Origin: a virus
Taxonomy: Duplodnaviria > Caudoviricetes
Virus record (IMG/VR): IMGVR_UViG_3300035696_000037
Location: 6,744-70,743 of that record
Strand: one strand, 5' to 3'
Length of the DNA stretch: 64,000 bases
In this document: positions 15,171 through 23,346 of the stretch, piece by piece
Numbering within the stretch: the first letter of the stretch is position 1
How the letters are laid out: each line of letters begins with the position of its first letter
The notes under the pieces: model-generated
Told to the model about the DNA's origin: nothing
The model's database searches: none
The model's input: the letters and a program-made list of their open reading frames with translations, nothing else
Made by a program: the position numbers and the translations under genes

Positions 15171-15530
15171 TTAACCAAGAATCCTTTTAATCTCTTCCTC
15201 GACCGCCTTGCGGAACAGGTCGAAGTGCTGCTCGAACCCGAGCGGCGGGTTCGTAAACGTGGGCATTATCTCGATGCCTTCGGGGACTGTGTCATAGTCC
15301 CGCTCATGTGGCACCTTGCCGATGTCCCGTACGATATGCACGATGGCCGCCTTCGCCCCGTCCGGCCCGAAAAGTTCGGCGGCCAATTGCACCCCGTGGG
15401 TGTTGTGCCGCATGCGGCGGTGCCGGGGGCCGAACTTCCAGAACAGCCCGTCCATCCACCGGTTCACGTCCTCGTGCCGGTTGCCGAGGATGACTTCGCA
15501 GTCGTGGCAATGCTGCTCGAACTTGGCCAT
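15171..15530 (-). CDS. His-rich hypothetical protein (119 aa), first gene after the attenuator terminator
   Basis: HCHD...HEDVNRWMD...HRRMRHN possible metal-binding pattern; AGGGG RBS. Confidence 0.7.
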   Translation of the reverse strand: MAKFEQHCHDCEVILGNRHEDVNRWMDGLFWKFGPRHRRMRHNTHGVQLAAELFGPDGAKAAIVHIVRDIGKVPHERDYDTVPEGIEIMPTFTNPPLGFEQHFDLFRKAVEEEIKRILG

Positions 15531-15539
15531 AAAGCCCCT

Positions 15540-15570
15540 AAAAACACGAAAGCCGCCATCTCTGGCGGCT
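15540..15570 (-). terminator. Intrinsic terminator (attenuator 3:4 hairpin)
   Basis: AGCCGCCA-GAGA-TGGCGGCT (8 bp, GNRA loop) followed by TTCGTGTTTTT. Confidence 0.7.
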
Positions 15571-15588
15571 GGAGCGTCCTGACTCGGT

Positions 15589-15663
15589 CTATGCCGAGCA
15601 GGCTCCGCCGCCTGCGCCGATAGTTTGCGTTGTTTGCGTCTGCGGCTTGTTCATGCTCAGCAT
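15589..15663 (-). CDS. Putative attenuator leader peptide MLSMNKPQTQTTQTIGAGGGACSA (24 aa; alternative start 15654)
   Basis: Eight consecutive Gln/Thr/Ile codons (CAG ACG CAA ACA ACG CAA ACT ATC); 3' half pairs with the terminator 5' arm; partial SD AGGT 6 nt upstream. Confidence 0.7.
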   Translation of the reverse strand: MLSMNKPQTQTTQTIGAGGGACSA

Positions 15664-15828
15664 CTTCGTACCTAATGGGGGGGCCTTTTTCAAGGTCCCC
15701 CCGGATGATGACCCGCTGTCTTGCCATCCTTGGTCCTGCCAAGGAATCTGCGATGTCATGGGCTATAATAAACGGAGGGAGATTTCGCTCTGGCCTCAAG
15801 GCTCTCGCTACTTTACTTCCTCCCACTC

Positions 15829-15854
15829 ATATAATACCTCGGATAGTTCGTTTT
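15829..15854 (-). promoter_or_regulatory. Putative promoter of the leader/tRNA operon (AAAACG-12 nt-TATTAT)
   Basis: GGTATTATAT motif directly after the stop of the sugar-transferase gene. Confidence 0.55.
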
Positions 15855-15864
15855 TTCGGGTTTT

Positions 15865-16476
15865 TTACACGCCACGCCGGAACAGGACATGGGGTATGGT
15901 AGCCAAAATCAGAAGGGCGTCGTAGGCGAGGCTCCTATTGCGCCTGTACCATCTGTGTAGCTTTACCTCGAACCTCCTCCCCAGCCTGTTCACCTTCTCC
16001 CGTCCGCAAAGCTGGGAAAGCCCCGTCAACCCCGGCACCATGTCCAAGGCCTCCACGTATCCGGGAATCCGCAGGGCGAGATATTGGGCCAAGTTGGATT
16101 CCTCGGGGCGGGGTCCCACGAAGCTCATGTCGCCCTTGAGGATGTTGAAAAGTTGCGGAAGCTCGTCCAGATGGGTAGCCCGGAGGAACCGGCCAACCGG
16201 GGTGACCCGTGGGTCGCCTTTGGTGACGAGGTCCACATCCTTGTTCGTCCCCACCAGCATGGTGCGGAACTTGTACATGATGAATTCCTTCGCCTTCCAT
16301 CCCACCCGCTTCTGCCGGAAGATGATGGGACCATCGGAGGTCAGCCATACGGCGATGGAGATGATGACTAGCAATGGGGCGCTCAGGGCGAGGACGCCGA
16401 GGGTCACCGCCACGTCGAATGCCCGCTTGGCCTTGTGGTACATGGCGCTCATGGTTGTCTGCCCGAATGATTTCAA
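15865..16476 (-). CDS. Monotopic phosphoglycosyl transferase (bacterial sugar transferase, PglC/WcaJ catalytic-domain family)
   Basis: 'KRAFDV' plus hydrophobic helix, 'GPIIFRQKRVG...YKFRTM', 'DPRVTPVGRFLR..HLDELPQLFNILKGDMSFVGPRPE' with Asp-Glu dyad; start may be ATG 16452. Confidence 0.92.
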   Translation of the reverse strand: MKSFGQTTMSAMYHKAKRAFDVAVTLGVLALSAPLLVIISIAVWLTSDGPIIFRQKRVGWKAKEFIMYKFRTMLVGTNKDVDLVTKGDPRVTPVGRFLRATHLDELPQLFNILKGDMSFVGPRPEESNLAQYLALRIPGYVEALDMVPGLTGLSQLCGREKVNRLGRRFEVKLHRWYRRNRSLAYDALLILATIPHVLFRRGV

Positions 16477-16838
16477 CTGCCGACGAACTTGTTCACGATG
16501 ACGCCGTCCACGCCCCCCAATACGTCATTGAGGTACATGAGGGCCTTGAACTTCAGGTTGCTGATTTCGGCCAAAGTACGTTCCCAAGAATCCATGGAGG
16601 CTTGGTACGCCACTTCCTTGGCCTTCTGGAGGTCGGCGGTCAAGAACCCCCCGCACGTATGCCCACGGAACGTCCCCTTGTGGACGAAGAACTTGTACCC
16701 GCCTTGGCAGGTGCAGGGGGCGTCTACTACTATTTCCTCGACGACTCCCGGCTCCATGACGAGGTAGGCGTGCTGCCCCTCGACGAGCTTCAATTCTTGA
16801 TGGTTCCTCCATCCCGGTCCTTTATAATCCAGCGCCAC
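16473..16838 (-). CDS. Hypothetical protein (121 aa)
   Basis: Operon-packed, stop overlaps next start. Confidence 0.6.
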   Translation of the reverse strand: MALDYKGPGWRNHQELKLVEGQHAYLVMEPGVVEEIVVDAPCTCQGGYKFFVHKGTFRGHTCGGFLTADLQKAKEVAYQASMDSWERTLAEISNLKFKALMYLNDVLGGVDGVIVNKFVGS

Positions 16839-17211
16839 CGCAACCCCTTATCCCCCTGAGGACATCCAGTAAGTCCACGTTCCACCGATACTGGCCTTTG
16901 TTCAAGGTGTAGTGCTTATCCTCGGGGTCGTTGTAGTAAACGGTAATGATGTCGCCGCTCACCAGCGACACTACCACGCACGTTCCCTTGTCGTCTCGCA
17001 TGAGCGCCCGGATGTCCGGCTCCTTTTCGTTATGGACCTCAATCAAGGTACCGTCAATGACGGCCATTTTCGCCTGCGTGTCGGTAAACGACCGTTCCTT
17101 GCTCCGGTCGTGATAGTGCAGTTTGCTGGCCCGCAAGCTCAGTCCCTTGACGTAAGCCATGACTTGCTCAAACTCCGCCGTAGACATCTGCGTGTAGTGC
17201 TTTCTAGCCAT
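16822..17211 (-). CDS. DUF4258-like (RelE/BECR-fold-like) putative ribonuclease
   Basis: 'HYHDRSKERSF...GTLIE...RALMR...CVVVSL..GDIITVY' pattern; GAAGGA RBS. Confidence 0.5.
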   Translation of the reverse strand: MARKHYTQMSTAEFEQVMAYVKGLSLRASKLHYHDRSKERSFTDTQAKMAVIDGTLIEVHNEKEPDIRALMRDDKGTCVVVSLVSGDIITVYYNDPEDKHYTLNKGQYRWNVDLLDVLRGIRGCGGAGL

Positions 17212-17252
17212 GTCCTTCCAATACTGCCAAAACGGTTGTTTTTTGGGATGTC

Positions 17253-17855
17253 TTAACTTTTATCGAAAGCGATGTAGTGCATCCACTGCGGCTTGTCGAA
17301 GAAGACGAGGTCGGGCGAGGCCTTGTCCTCGAACTGGACGAGCATGCTGCGGGGGGTGGCCTCGACGACTACCGCCCGGTGCGGCCCCCTGCCGTCGTCA
17401 TATGTGAGACGCTGCCCAACCTGCGGCCCTCCGGGGGGAAGGACCGCTTGGGGGTCAAACTTCTGGACGGCGAGGACGTTGTCCTTTTTCGCGAGGTAGC
17501 TCCCCGCCCCCTTGCCCGGCTCGGGTTCGAGCACCCATTCCCCATATTCCGTGCCGACCGCTATCCCCTTGACGGTCCCGAGGCCCTCGACGTTGACGGT
17601 GACGAGGTCGCCCTTCTGTATCTGGCGGAACAGGCTCCTTTGCCTTGCCCCGGCCTTGAAGGGCAAGGGATAGTGGTAAGGGTTGGAAGGGTCTTCGGGA
17701 GTAAGGATTTTCTTGGCATGCTCCAGCCCCATGTTGAATCCCCGCAGCATGGCATTCTCGAAGAGCATGTGGTCCACCTCCGTGGGGTCCCACATGGTCT
17801 CGTCTGCATACAATCTGGCCTGCCTCTTGATTTCTGCCAGCACCTTCGGGTCCAT
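17253..17855 (-). CDS. Hypothetical multi-module protein (200 aa) with two SH3/KOW-like segments
   Basis: GGAGGAG RBS; 'KGDLVTV', 'VGQRLTY' beta modules. Confidence 0.65.
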   Translation of the reverse strand: MDPKVLAEIKRQARLYADETMWDPTEVDHMLFENAMLRGFNMGLEHAKKILTPEDPSNPYHYPLPFKAGARQRSLFRQIQKGDLVTVNVEGLGTVKGIAVGTEYGEWVLEPEPGKGAGSYLAKKDNVLAVQKFDPQAVLPPGGPQVGQRLTYDDGRGPHRAVVVEATPRSMLVQFEDKASPDLVFFDKPQWMHYIAFDKS

Positions 17856-18832
17856 TAGGCTCCTCCCCCCTTAGTATACTCCTTGCATTGGGGATGTTCC
17901 GTGCATTCCCCATAATAGGGATAGCCGTTGTCGTCGTATTTCTTGAGATGCTTGCCCTGGTCGCATTCGCAGTTCTTGCACTTGTAACTCTCGTCCACCT
18001 CGGCGATGGCCTTCTTCGCAAGGTCATCATATGGAAGGACATCCACGCCCTCGCATACGAACTTCCCGATGGGGGTGGAGAACACGTCGCCCGCCTTCAG
18101 GTTGTCGTTGGTCTGGAACTCGGCATAAAGCTCCCGGTAAAGCTGCTCGGCCAAGTCTAGGTTCTTCACTTGCTGGTGGACGTTGAGCCAAGAGTCGGGG
18201 GTTGACACCGTGGGGGAGGGGGAATCCTCCGGGGCAAGCTCTTCGCCCGGCAGGCCAATCACGTACCAGAAACCATCATGCTTCTTCCTGACGGGATACT
18301 CCCTCGGGGCGGAGCCGGTGGCCGCCGTCTTCGAGATGCGCACGGCAAGGTCGGCAATCGCCCCGTCCGACAGGAGGCTCAGGTCCTTCTTGAGCCAGCC
18401 GGGATGGGCTTGGGAGTATGCGAACACGTCATTGTAGTTTTCCTGCGCCTGGAGAAGTTCCTTCTGCCGGTCGCCCATGCCGAAAAGGCTGTGTCCCGGA
18501 GGGGTGGTCCTCGCCTGCTTGGAGGCGGTCGGGCCGCCTATGCTCCGGTAGGGAATGGCCGCTTCGACCTCAACCAAGATTTCGTCTATGGCACCATAGC
18601 AAAGGCGAAGCTTGTTATTCCATGGCGTGTCGAAGGAATAAATCCCCGCCCTGCGGAGGCTTTCACGGCATTCCTGGAGGGCGGACTTGAGGCGGTAGAG
18701 GTTGTCAGCGTTTGCGTCTTCCGCCAGCTTGGCCACGACCGGGGCGGGCTCGGAGCCATAGTCGCGGCGGCGGCGCAGGCCGGTGGACGCCGTCTTGAGA
18801 AAATCGGAACGGAACAGCTCAGGGCTGGACAT
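17855..18832 (-). CDS. Hypothetical modular protein (325 aa) with C-terminal Cys/His cluster
   Basis: AGGAG RBS; KTAS/KLAE/KQAR/KTAA junction-like motifs; CKNCEC..H...C..H..C at C-terminus. Confidence 0.7.
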   Translation of the reverse strand: MSSPELFRSDFLKTASTGLRRRRDYGSEPAPVVAKLAEDANADNLYRLKSALQECRESLRRAGIYSFDTPWNNKLRLCYGAIDEILVEVEAAIPYRSIGGPTASKQARTTPPGHSLFGMGDRQKELLQAQENYNDVFAYSQAHPGWLKKDLSLLSDGAIADLAVRISKTAATGSAPREYPVRKKHDGFWYVIGLPGEELAPEDSPSPTVSTPDSWLNVHQQVKNLDLAEQLYRELYAEFQTNDNLKAGDVFSTPIGKFVCEGVDVLPYDDLAKKAIAEVDESYKCKNCECDQGKHLKKYDDNGYPYYGECTEHPQCKEYTKGGGA

Positions 18833-18845
18833 GGGCTTCTCCTAA

Positions 18846-19376
18846 CTAAAGGCGTGGGTATTCCAAATCCAGCAGCGATGCATCGACTGCCCGTTCGTAG
18901 GCGGTGGGCTTCCTGTCCTTGCAGCCCGCCAGCGGGTCGCTTCCGGGGTAATACCCCTCCATGTCCCATTCCCACACGGACTGGTAGCCCCTGGCTGCGA
19001 CCGGCTCAATCATCTGCGGGTCTTGCAGCCGGAAGCACCACCTGCCATCGCCCCAGTCCCCGAAGGCTATCTGTTTCTGGGTCAATGTGTTGCGGACTTC
19101 CTCGACATGCTGGCACGACGTCACGGTAGCGAACCCGATGACGCATCCCAGCGCGAACATGTCGGGGTCGATGTCGTACTTTGCAAGCGCATCGGAAAAA
19201 TGGGGGTCCCTGAAGCAGCCGTCATCGTCGAGGTACTCGGCGACGGGCTTCTTGGCGGCGTGTATGGCCAGCCGGACTCCCACAATCTTGCGGTTGGGGC
19301 GGGAGCGGGTTTCCCACTCCTTCTCCCCGAGGACTACGAGGCTTGCCCACGGCTCGTACAGCGTCCATGCCTTCAT
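18846..19376 (-). CDS. ASCH-domain protein (176 aa)
   Basis: 'MKAWTLYEPWASLVVLGEKEWETRS...LAIHAAK' matches the ASCH GxKxxExR signature. Confidence 0.85.
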   Translation of the reverse strand: MKAWTLYEPWASLVVLGEKEWETRSRPNRKIVGVRLAIHAAKKPVAEYLDDDGCFRDPHFSDALAKYDIDPDMFALGCVIGFATVTSCQHVEEVRNTLTQKQIAFGDWGDGRWCFRLQDPQMIEPVAARGYQSVWEWDMEGYYPGSDPLAGCKDRKPTAYERAVDASLLDLEYPRL

Positions 19377-19837
19377 CTTTGCATTTCCTTGACGGCCTTG
19401 TCGTATCCGTCTATCATCGTCTGGAAAGTGATGTCCCCGCCCTGCCCCGGCATCTCGTATTCGGGAGGAGGCTGCCTCAGTTCCCAATACTTCTGGTCAA
19501 GCGACAGGATGAAGTTGCCGAACGATTTCCCCGGCGTGGCCGGGACGTTCGTCTTGTTGACGAGGACGACGGGCTTCCCCATGGCGAACGCCATGCCGAG
19601 GTCGAATAGGCTGCCTTGGCTATTGGGGTCGTACCAGACGTGGACTTCGTCAGCATGCTCCATGGCGAAACGGTTGTCCTCGCATACCTTTAACGACCCT
19701 TGGTTCTGCATCGTGTCCCGTGCTGGCCAATGGACGACGTTGCCCTCCACCTGCTCCTGTGCGAGGACGTAGCGGGCAATGCCCGTCGTCTGCTCCTCGC
19801 TGGCATACCGGACCGGGCAAATCAGGAATATGCGCAT
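19373..19837 (-). CDS. Nucleoside 2-deoxyribosyltransferase / dNMP-hydrolase-like protein (154 aa)
   Basis: 'IFLICPV...VHWPARD...NRFAMEHADEV...SQGSLFDLGMAFAMGKPV' NDT-fold pattern. Confidence 0.7.
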   Translation of the reverse strand: MRIFLICPVRYASEEQTTGIARYVLAQEQVEGNVVHWPARDTMQNQGSLKVCEDNRFAMEHADEVHVWYDPNSQGSLFDLGMAFAMGKPVVLVNKTNVPATPGKSFGNFILSLDQKYWELRQPPPEYEMPGQGGDITFQTMIDGYDKAVKEMQR

Positions 19838-19851
19838 GGTTCCCCCATGCC

Positions 19852-19861
19852 GGATAATACC
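19852..19861 (-). promoter_or_regulatory. Putative extended -10 element TGGTATTAT
   Basis: Recurrent motif upstream of ATG 19837. Confidence 0.45.
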
Positions 19862-19866
19862 AGATT

Positions 19867-20382
19867 CTACTTGACTTTTATGCTGTAGTCGGGGGTGAGG
19901 TTGGTGACCCCCTGGAAGTCCTGGAAGATGGGGATGCAAAGGCGGAAGTTGCCCTTGAACTTGCAGAAATACCCTTGGAGCGGGTCGTACCCGGAGTGGA
20001 GAAGCTCCATCTCACCCTCGGAGGAGGGCGGCTCGGGCGGCGGGGGGACGAGGACGTAGGTCCGGGTGAGGTAGAAGCTCGGGTTGTAGGGCGGGTCCAC
20101 GAACTGCGCCCAGCGGGACCTTTTGCCGTAGAACTCCTTGAGGAAGTTGCTGAACAAAACGGGGACCGACAAGGAGCCGATGTCCACCTGCCCCGTGCTC
20201 CACGGGGAGTAGGTGGGCTGGAACAGGTTGAGGCCGAAGAAGACGGTATGCTGGACCTCCATGATAATCCGGCGCACCGTCAGTATGACGCGGTAGCCCG
20301 TGCTCACCACGCCGTTGTCGAAATCGTGCCATGGTCCGATTTGCAAAGCCAATACTTGTCCGGGCACTACACAATCCTCCAT
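19867..20382 (-). CDS. Hypothetical protein (171 aa), last gene of the baseplate/tail block
   Basis: Operon position, phage-like codon usage. Confidence 0.65.
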   Translation of the reverse strand: MEDCVVPGQVLALQIGPWHDFDNGVVSTGYRVILTVRRIIMEVQHTVFFGLNLFQPTYSPWSTGQVDIGSLSVPVLFSNFLKEFYGKRSRWAQFVDPPYNPSFYLTRTYVLVPPPPEPPSSEGEMELLHSGYDPLQGYFCKFKGNFRLCIPIFQDFQGVTNLTPDYSIKVK

Positions 20383-20389
20383 CTGTTAA

Positions 20390-21085
20390 CTAAAATTGAA
20401 ATATCCAAGCAAATATCACATCAATCCCCGGAGGCAATAGAAGGGGAGGTAAAGTCTTGTAATTGAGCAAGATGACCGTCTGCTGCGATGCCTTCACCGT
20501 GGCATAGGACGCGGGGTTGCCGTTGAAGTACGGGGCCGTCAGCATGGTGTAGCTGCCCATGTCGGCGATGCCGCCGCCGATGAGCCCCATCTCCCGGATG
20601 GCCTGGTTGATGTTGTTGGTCGTGCTGTTTACCGTGGTCTCGAAGTCCACGTTGGTCGTGATGACAGCCTGCGGGTTCCAGTTCCCCTGCGTGTCCTGCG
20701 TGACGAAGTTGACCCTCGATAGCTGCACGCGGGCGATGGGCTGGATGAGTTCCACCTGCGCAGCGGTCTCGACCGGCTGGGTCGTGGGTGCCCACAGCGG
20801 GCTTCCCGCCCCGAGGGCTAGCCCCCAGACGCCCCAAGCGGGCTCCGTGGCGGGGATGCTGACGGGCTGCACCTGCGGCGGGGAAAGGGACAGGGGGCTG
20901 GCGCACGCCATGAATTGGGCGAAGAGCCAACGGCTGATGTCCACGATGATGTTCTTCTCTTGGTACAGGACTTCCCCCGTGTCCTTGCGGTAGACGGTGA
21001 TGTTCCCCGACCTGATGGGGCTGGGAATCCTCTCGGTCATCTTGGGGCCAGCCTTAGGCTGCTCCTGCAACGCTTTGTTTTCCAT
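20390..21085 (-). CDS. Putative tail/baseplate structural protein (231 aa)
   Basis: 'IREMGLIGG...LLNYKTLPPL...WIFQF' resembles tail-fibre-collar/wedge-associated proteins; position in baseplate block. Confidence 0.5.
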   Translation of the reverse strand: MENKALQEQPKAGPKMTERIPSPIRSGNITVYRKDTGEVLYQEKNIIVDISRWLFAQFMACASPLSLSPPQVQPVSIPATEPAWGVWGLALGAGSPLWAPTTQPVETAAQVELIQPIARVQLSRVNFVTQDTQGNWNPQAVITTNVDFETTVNSTTNNINQAIREMGLIGGGIADMGSYTMLTAPYFNGNPASYATVKASQQTVILLNYKTLPPLLLPPGIDVIFAWIFQF

Positions 21086-23342
21086 CGACTTTTCCCTTCC
21101 TTGCCTTCTCGCAAACCTGCCGGATGAGTTGCCCCGAGTTCTTGAACAGGGCGACGACCCCGTGGTGGAAGTCGCCGGGGCTGGACTTCATGTAGGCCAG
21201 CGCCTCGTCCAATCCCATCCACTCCAGCGCCTCCGTCTCCCATGCGCTGTCGCTCATGGGGTGGAAGCCGAACTCCCTGCCGACCTCACCTATGAAATTG
21301 AAATATCTAAACCCACGGTCCGCAAACACATAGGCGGGGTGGAGGGTCATGCCTCCCGAATACCCTGTCTCCTCCTGAAGCTCCTCCTCGGCGCTCTCGG
21401 CGGGCTGCATGCCCTCCTTGACCGCCCCGCCGATTGTCCCCCAGCAACGCCCTTCGTTCACGTAGGGGCTGCGCCATGCGAAGCATATGCGGCCAGTAGT
21501 GGTACAGATGGGCAGTATGCCGCTGGCCGCATTGCCCTCCCCCGCCCAGTATCCCTGCTCATTGGTATAGTCGGCCTTTACCGCCTTTGCCAAGGGTACG
21601 GGGGTGGACAATCCGGGGCCACTGACCATGAGGTTCAGTTTCTTCCCCGGACTACCCAACTCCGGGTGCTGGGCGTAGTACTCGTCCTGCTTGCCCTGCC
21701 CCCAAGCTGTCATCTCGTCCTCGCGGAGGAGACGGCCTTGCTTGGCAACGGCGGTCTGTTTTCCGCTCAGGAGGGCGACCTCCCCCTGTAGCTGGCGCTT
21801 CCTGCCCTCGGGGTCCTTCCATAGCTTCCATCCCCGCTCGCTCTCTTCGCCCGGATTCCCCTCCTCGGTGTTGCCGAGGAGTTCCTCCCCCAGTGCGGCG
21901 GCCCGCAGGCGGTATTCCTCGGGGACGTCCGACCCGTGCTCCACGAGGAAGACCACGACGCCGACGAAATTCTGCATGTCGTCCGGCGTGTTCGAGAGGC
22001 CGTCTATCTCCGCGAGGATGGCGGGAAGGTTCTCCGGGGGGACGGGCTCGTCGAATCCCAGATGCTCCCTCGTTCCCTCCACGTCGTCGTATCCGGGGCG
22101 GTGGCGGTCGAGGATGTCATGCACGGTGTCGCTATCATATGACCGTAAGCCCCATTGCCCGGCCCGCTTCTCGAACAAGGCCTTGCTCCACTCGATTTTC
22201 CTCGTGACGGCCTCGGGGGTAAGGTTCTCGTCTATGTCGAGCACGAGGGTGGACCTGTTTGCGGGATTATTGAAGTAAACTATCTCTCCGCCCTTGCCGT
22301 TTTCCCCTATGCCTACGTATTGCCCGCCGCCCGCCTCCACGATTTTCCTGACCTTCTCGGTCTTCCCGTCGCTGCCCTTCTTCTTGTACTGCATCTTGAG
22401 CAGGTCGTTGTGGAAACCCGGACCCAAGGAGAGCGTGCCCTTGGGGTTGCCGAGGTTGTCGTAGACCACGAGGTAGAGCGGGAAGGGCTGGTTCTTCATG
22501 GTCTGGAAGCGGTACTTGCGTATCGCCTTCAGGACGTCGTTCTTGCTTGGCGTGATGGGCCGGGCCGGGGTAAACTCCATCCGGCGCTGTTTCGGCAGGC
22601 GCTTGACCTCCTTGCCTGCCGTAAGATTCTTCACAGGTACACGAGGTCTCCAGTAATAATCGTTCAAAACCTTCCTGGCCTCTTTCAGTTCCGGTTGAAA
22701 GCTAAGGAAGCGTAGAAGGTATTCTAACCCATACCCCTTCCTATGCCTGTGAGGTCCTTCGACATACCATGCACAATGGCGTCCTGTCATGGTGGATTCA
22801 GTGATGGTTACTTTGAAGTTAGGAAAATCAAAGTGATACCAGTAGTTTCCCTCATCGGTCTCAGGGAAACCAAACTTCCTAATCCACGAAAGGGCTTCGA
22901 CGACCTCTTTGTCAAGCTTATAGGCCGCCGTCACCACGAATCTTTGAGTCTCGTTGATGAACTCCTTCGGGAGGGGGAACTCCCCCCTCACGGTGCCGAT
23001 GGCGGGGTCCCTCTCCCGCTTGCTCGGGTCGTCGTCCTCGACCATGTCCTTGTAGCATTGCAGGACGAGGGCATAGACCTTGGCGATGACCTCCTTCTTG
23101 TAGTTCAGGGAAATCATGAACGCCGTCATCTCGTCCAGCATGACGCCCAGCGCCTCCGAGGCCACCTGCTGGAAGGCGAGCGGCCCACCGGATGGAATGG
23201 GGAATTTTATTGAAAACACGGTGAACTTCGGTATGCCGAGGTCGAGGATGATGGAGCCCGTGGGCTGCGCCGACCGGGCCGCCACGAGTTCCAGCGTCCC
23301 GTTCGCCGGGGAAAGGTATGCCGTCTTGGTCTCAGTTGCCAT
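21054..23342 (-). CDS. Modular protein (762 aa) with DUF4259-like segment and C-terminal NUDIX hydrolase domain
   Basis: NUDIX box 'GGAVKEGMQPAESAEEELQEETG'; 'WGLRSYDSDTVHDILD...WKDPEGRKRQL' resembles DUF4259. Confidence 0.7.
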   Translation of the reverse strand: MATETKTAYLSPANGTLELVAARSAQPTGSIILDLGIPKFTVFSIKFPIPSGGPLAFQQVASEALGVMLDEMTAFMISLNYKKEVIAKVYALVLQCYKDMVEDDDPSKRERDPAIGTVRGEFPLPKEFINETQRFVVTAAYKLDKEVVEALSWIRKFGFPETDEGNYWYHFDFPNFKVTITESTMTGRHCAWYVEGPHRHRKGYGLEYLLRFLSFQPELKEARKVLNDYYWRPRVPVKNLTAGKEVKRLPKQRRMEFTPARPITPSKNDVLKAIRKYRFQTMKNQPFPLYLVVYDNLGNPKGTLSLGPGFHNDLLKMQYKKKGSDGKTEKVRKIVEAGGGQYVGIGENGKGGEIVYFNNPANRSTLVLDIDENLTPEAVTRKIEWSKALFEKRAGQWGLRSYDSDTVHDILDRHRPGYDDVEGTREHLGFDEPVPPENLPAILAEIDGLSNTPDDMQNFVGVVVFLVEHGSDVPEEYRLRAAALGEELLGNTEEGNPGEESERGWKLWKDPEGRKRQLQGEVALLSGKQTAVAKQGRLLREDEMTAWGQGKQDEYYAQHPELGSPGKKLNLMVSGPGLSTPVPLAKAVKADYTNEQGYWAGEGNAASGILPICTTTGRICFAWRSPYVNEGRCWGTIGGAVKEGMQPAESAEEELQEETGYSGGMTLHPAYVFADRGFRYFNFIGEVGREFGFHPMSDSAWETEALEWMGLDEALAYMKSSPGDFHHGVVALFKNSGQLIRQVCEKARKGKVDGKQSVAGAA

Positions 23343-23346
23343 CTAC

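Noticed and set aside
15540-15825. tmRNA: one frame reads ANNANY, similar to the ANDENY tag
   Set aside because: No T-loop (GGTTCGA), no acceptor stem/CCA and no short tag ending in a stop in that frame. The leader-peptide frame plus terminator explains the region better.
15464-15826. 120-aa ORF from the track
   Set aside because: It runs through the terminator and into the next gene, and its start is too close to the -10 box for an RBS.
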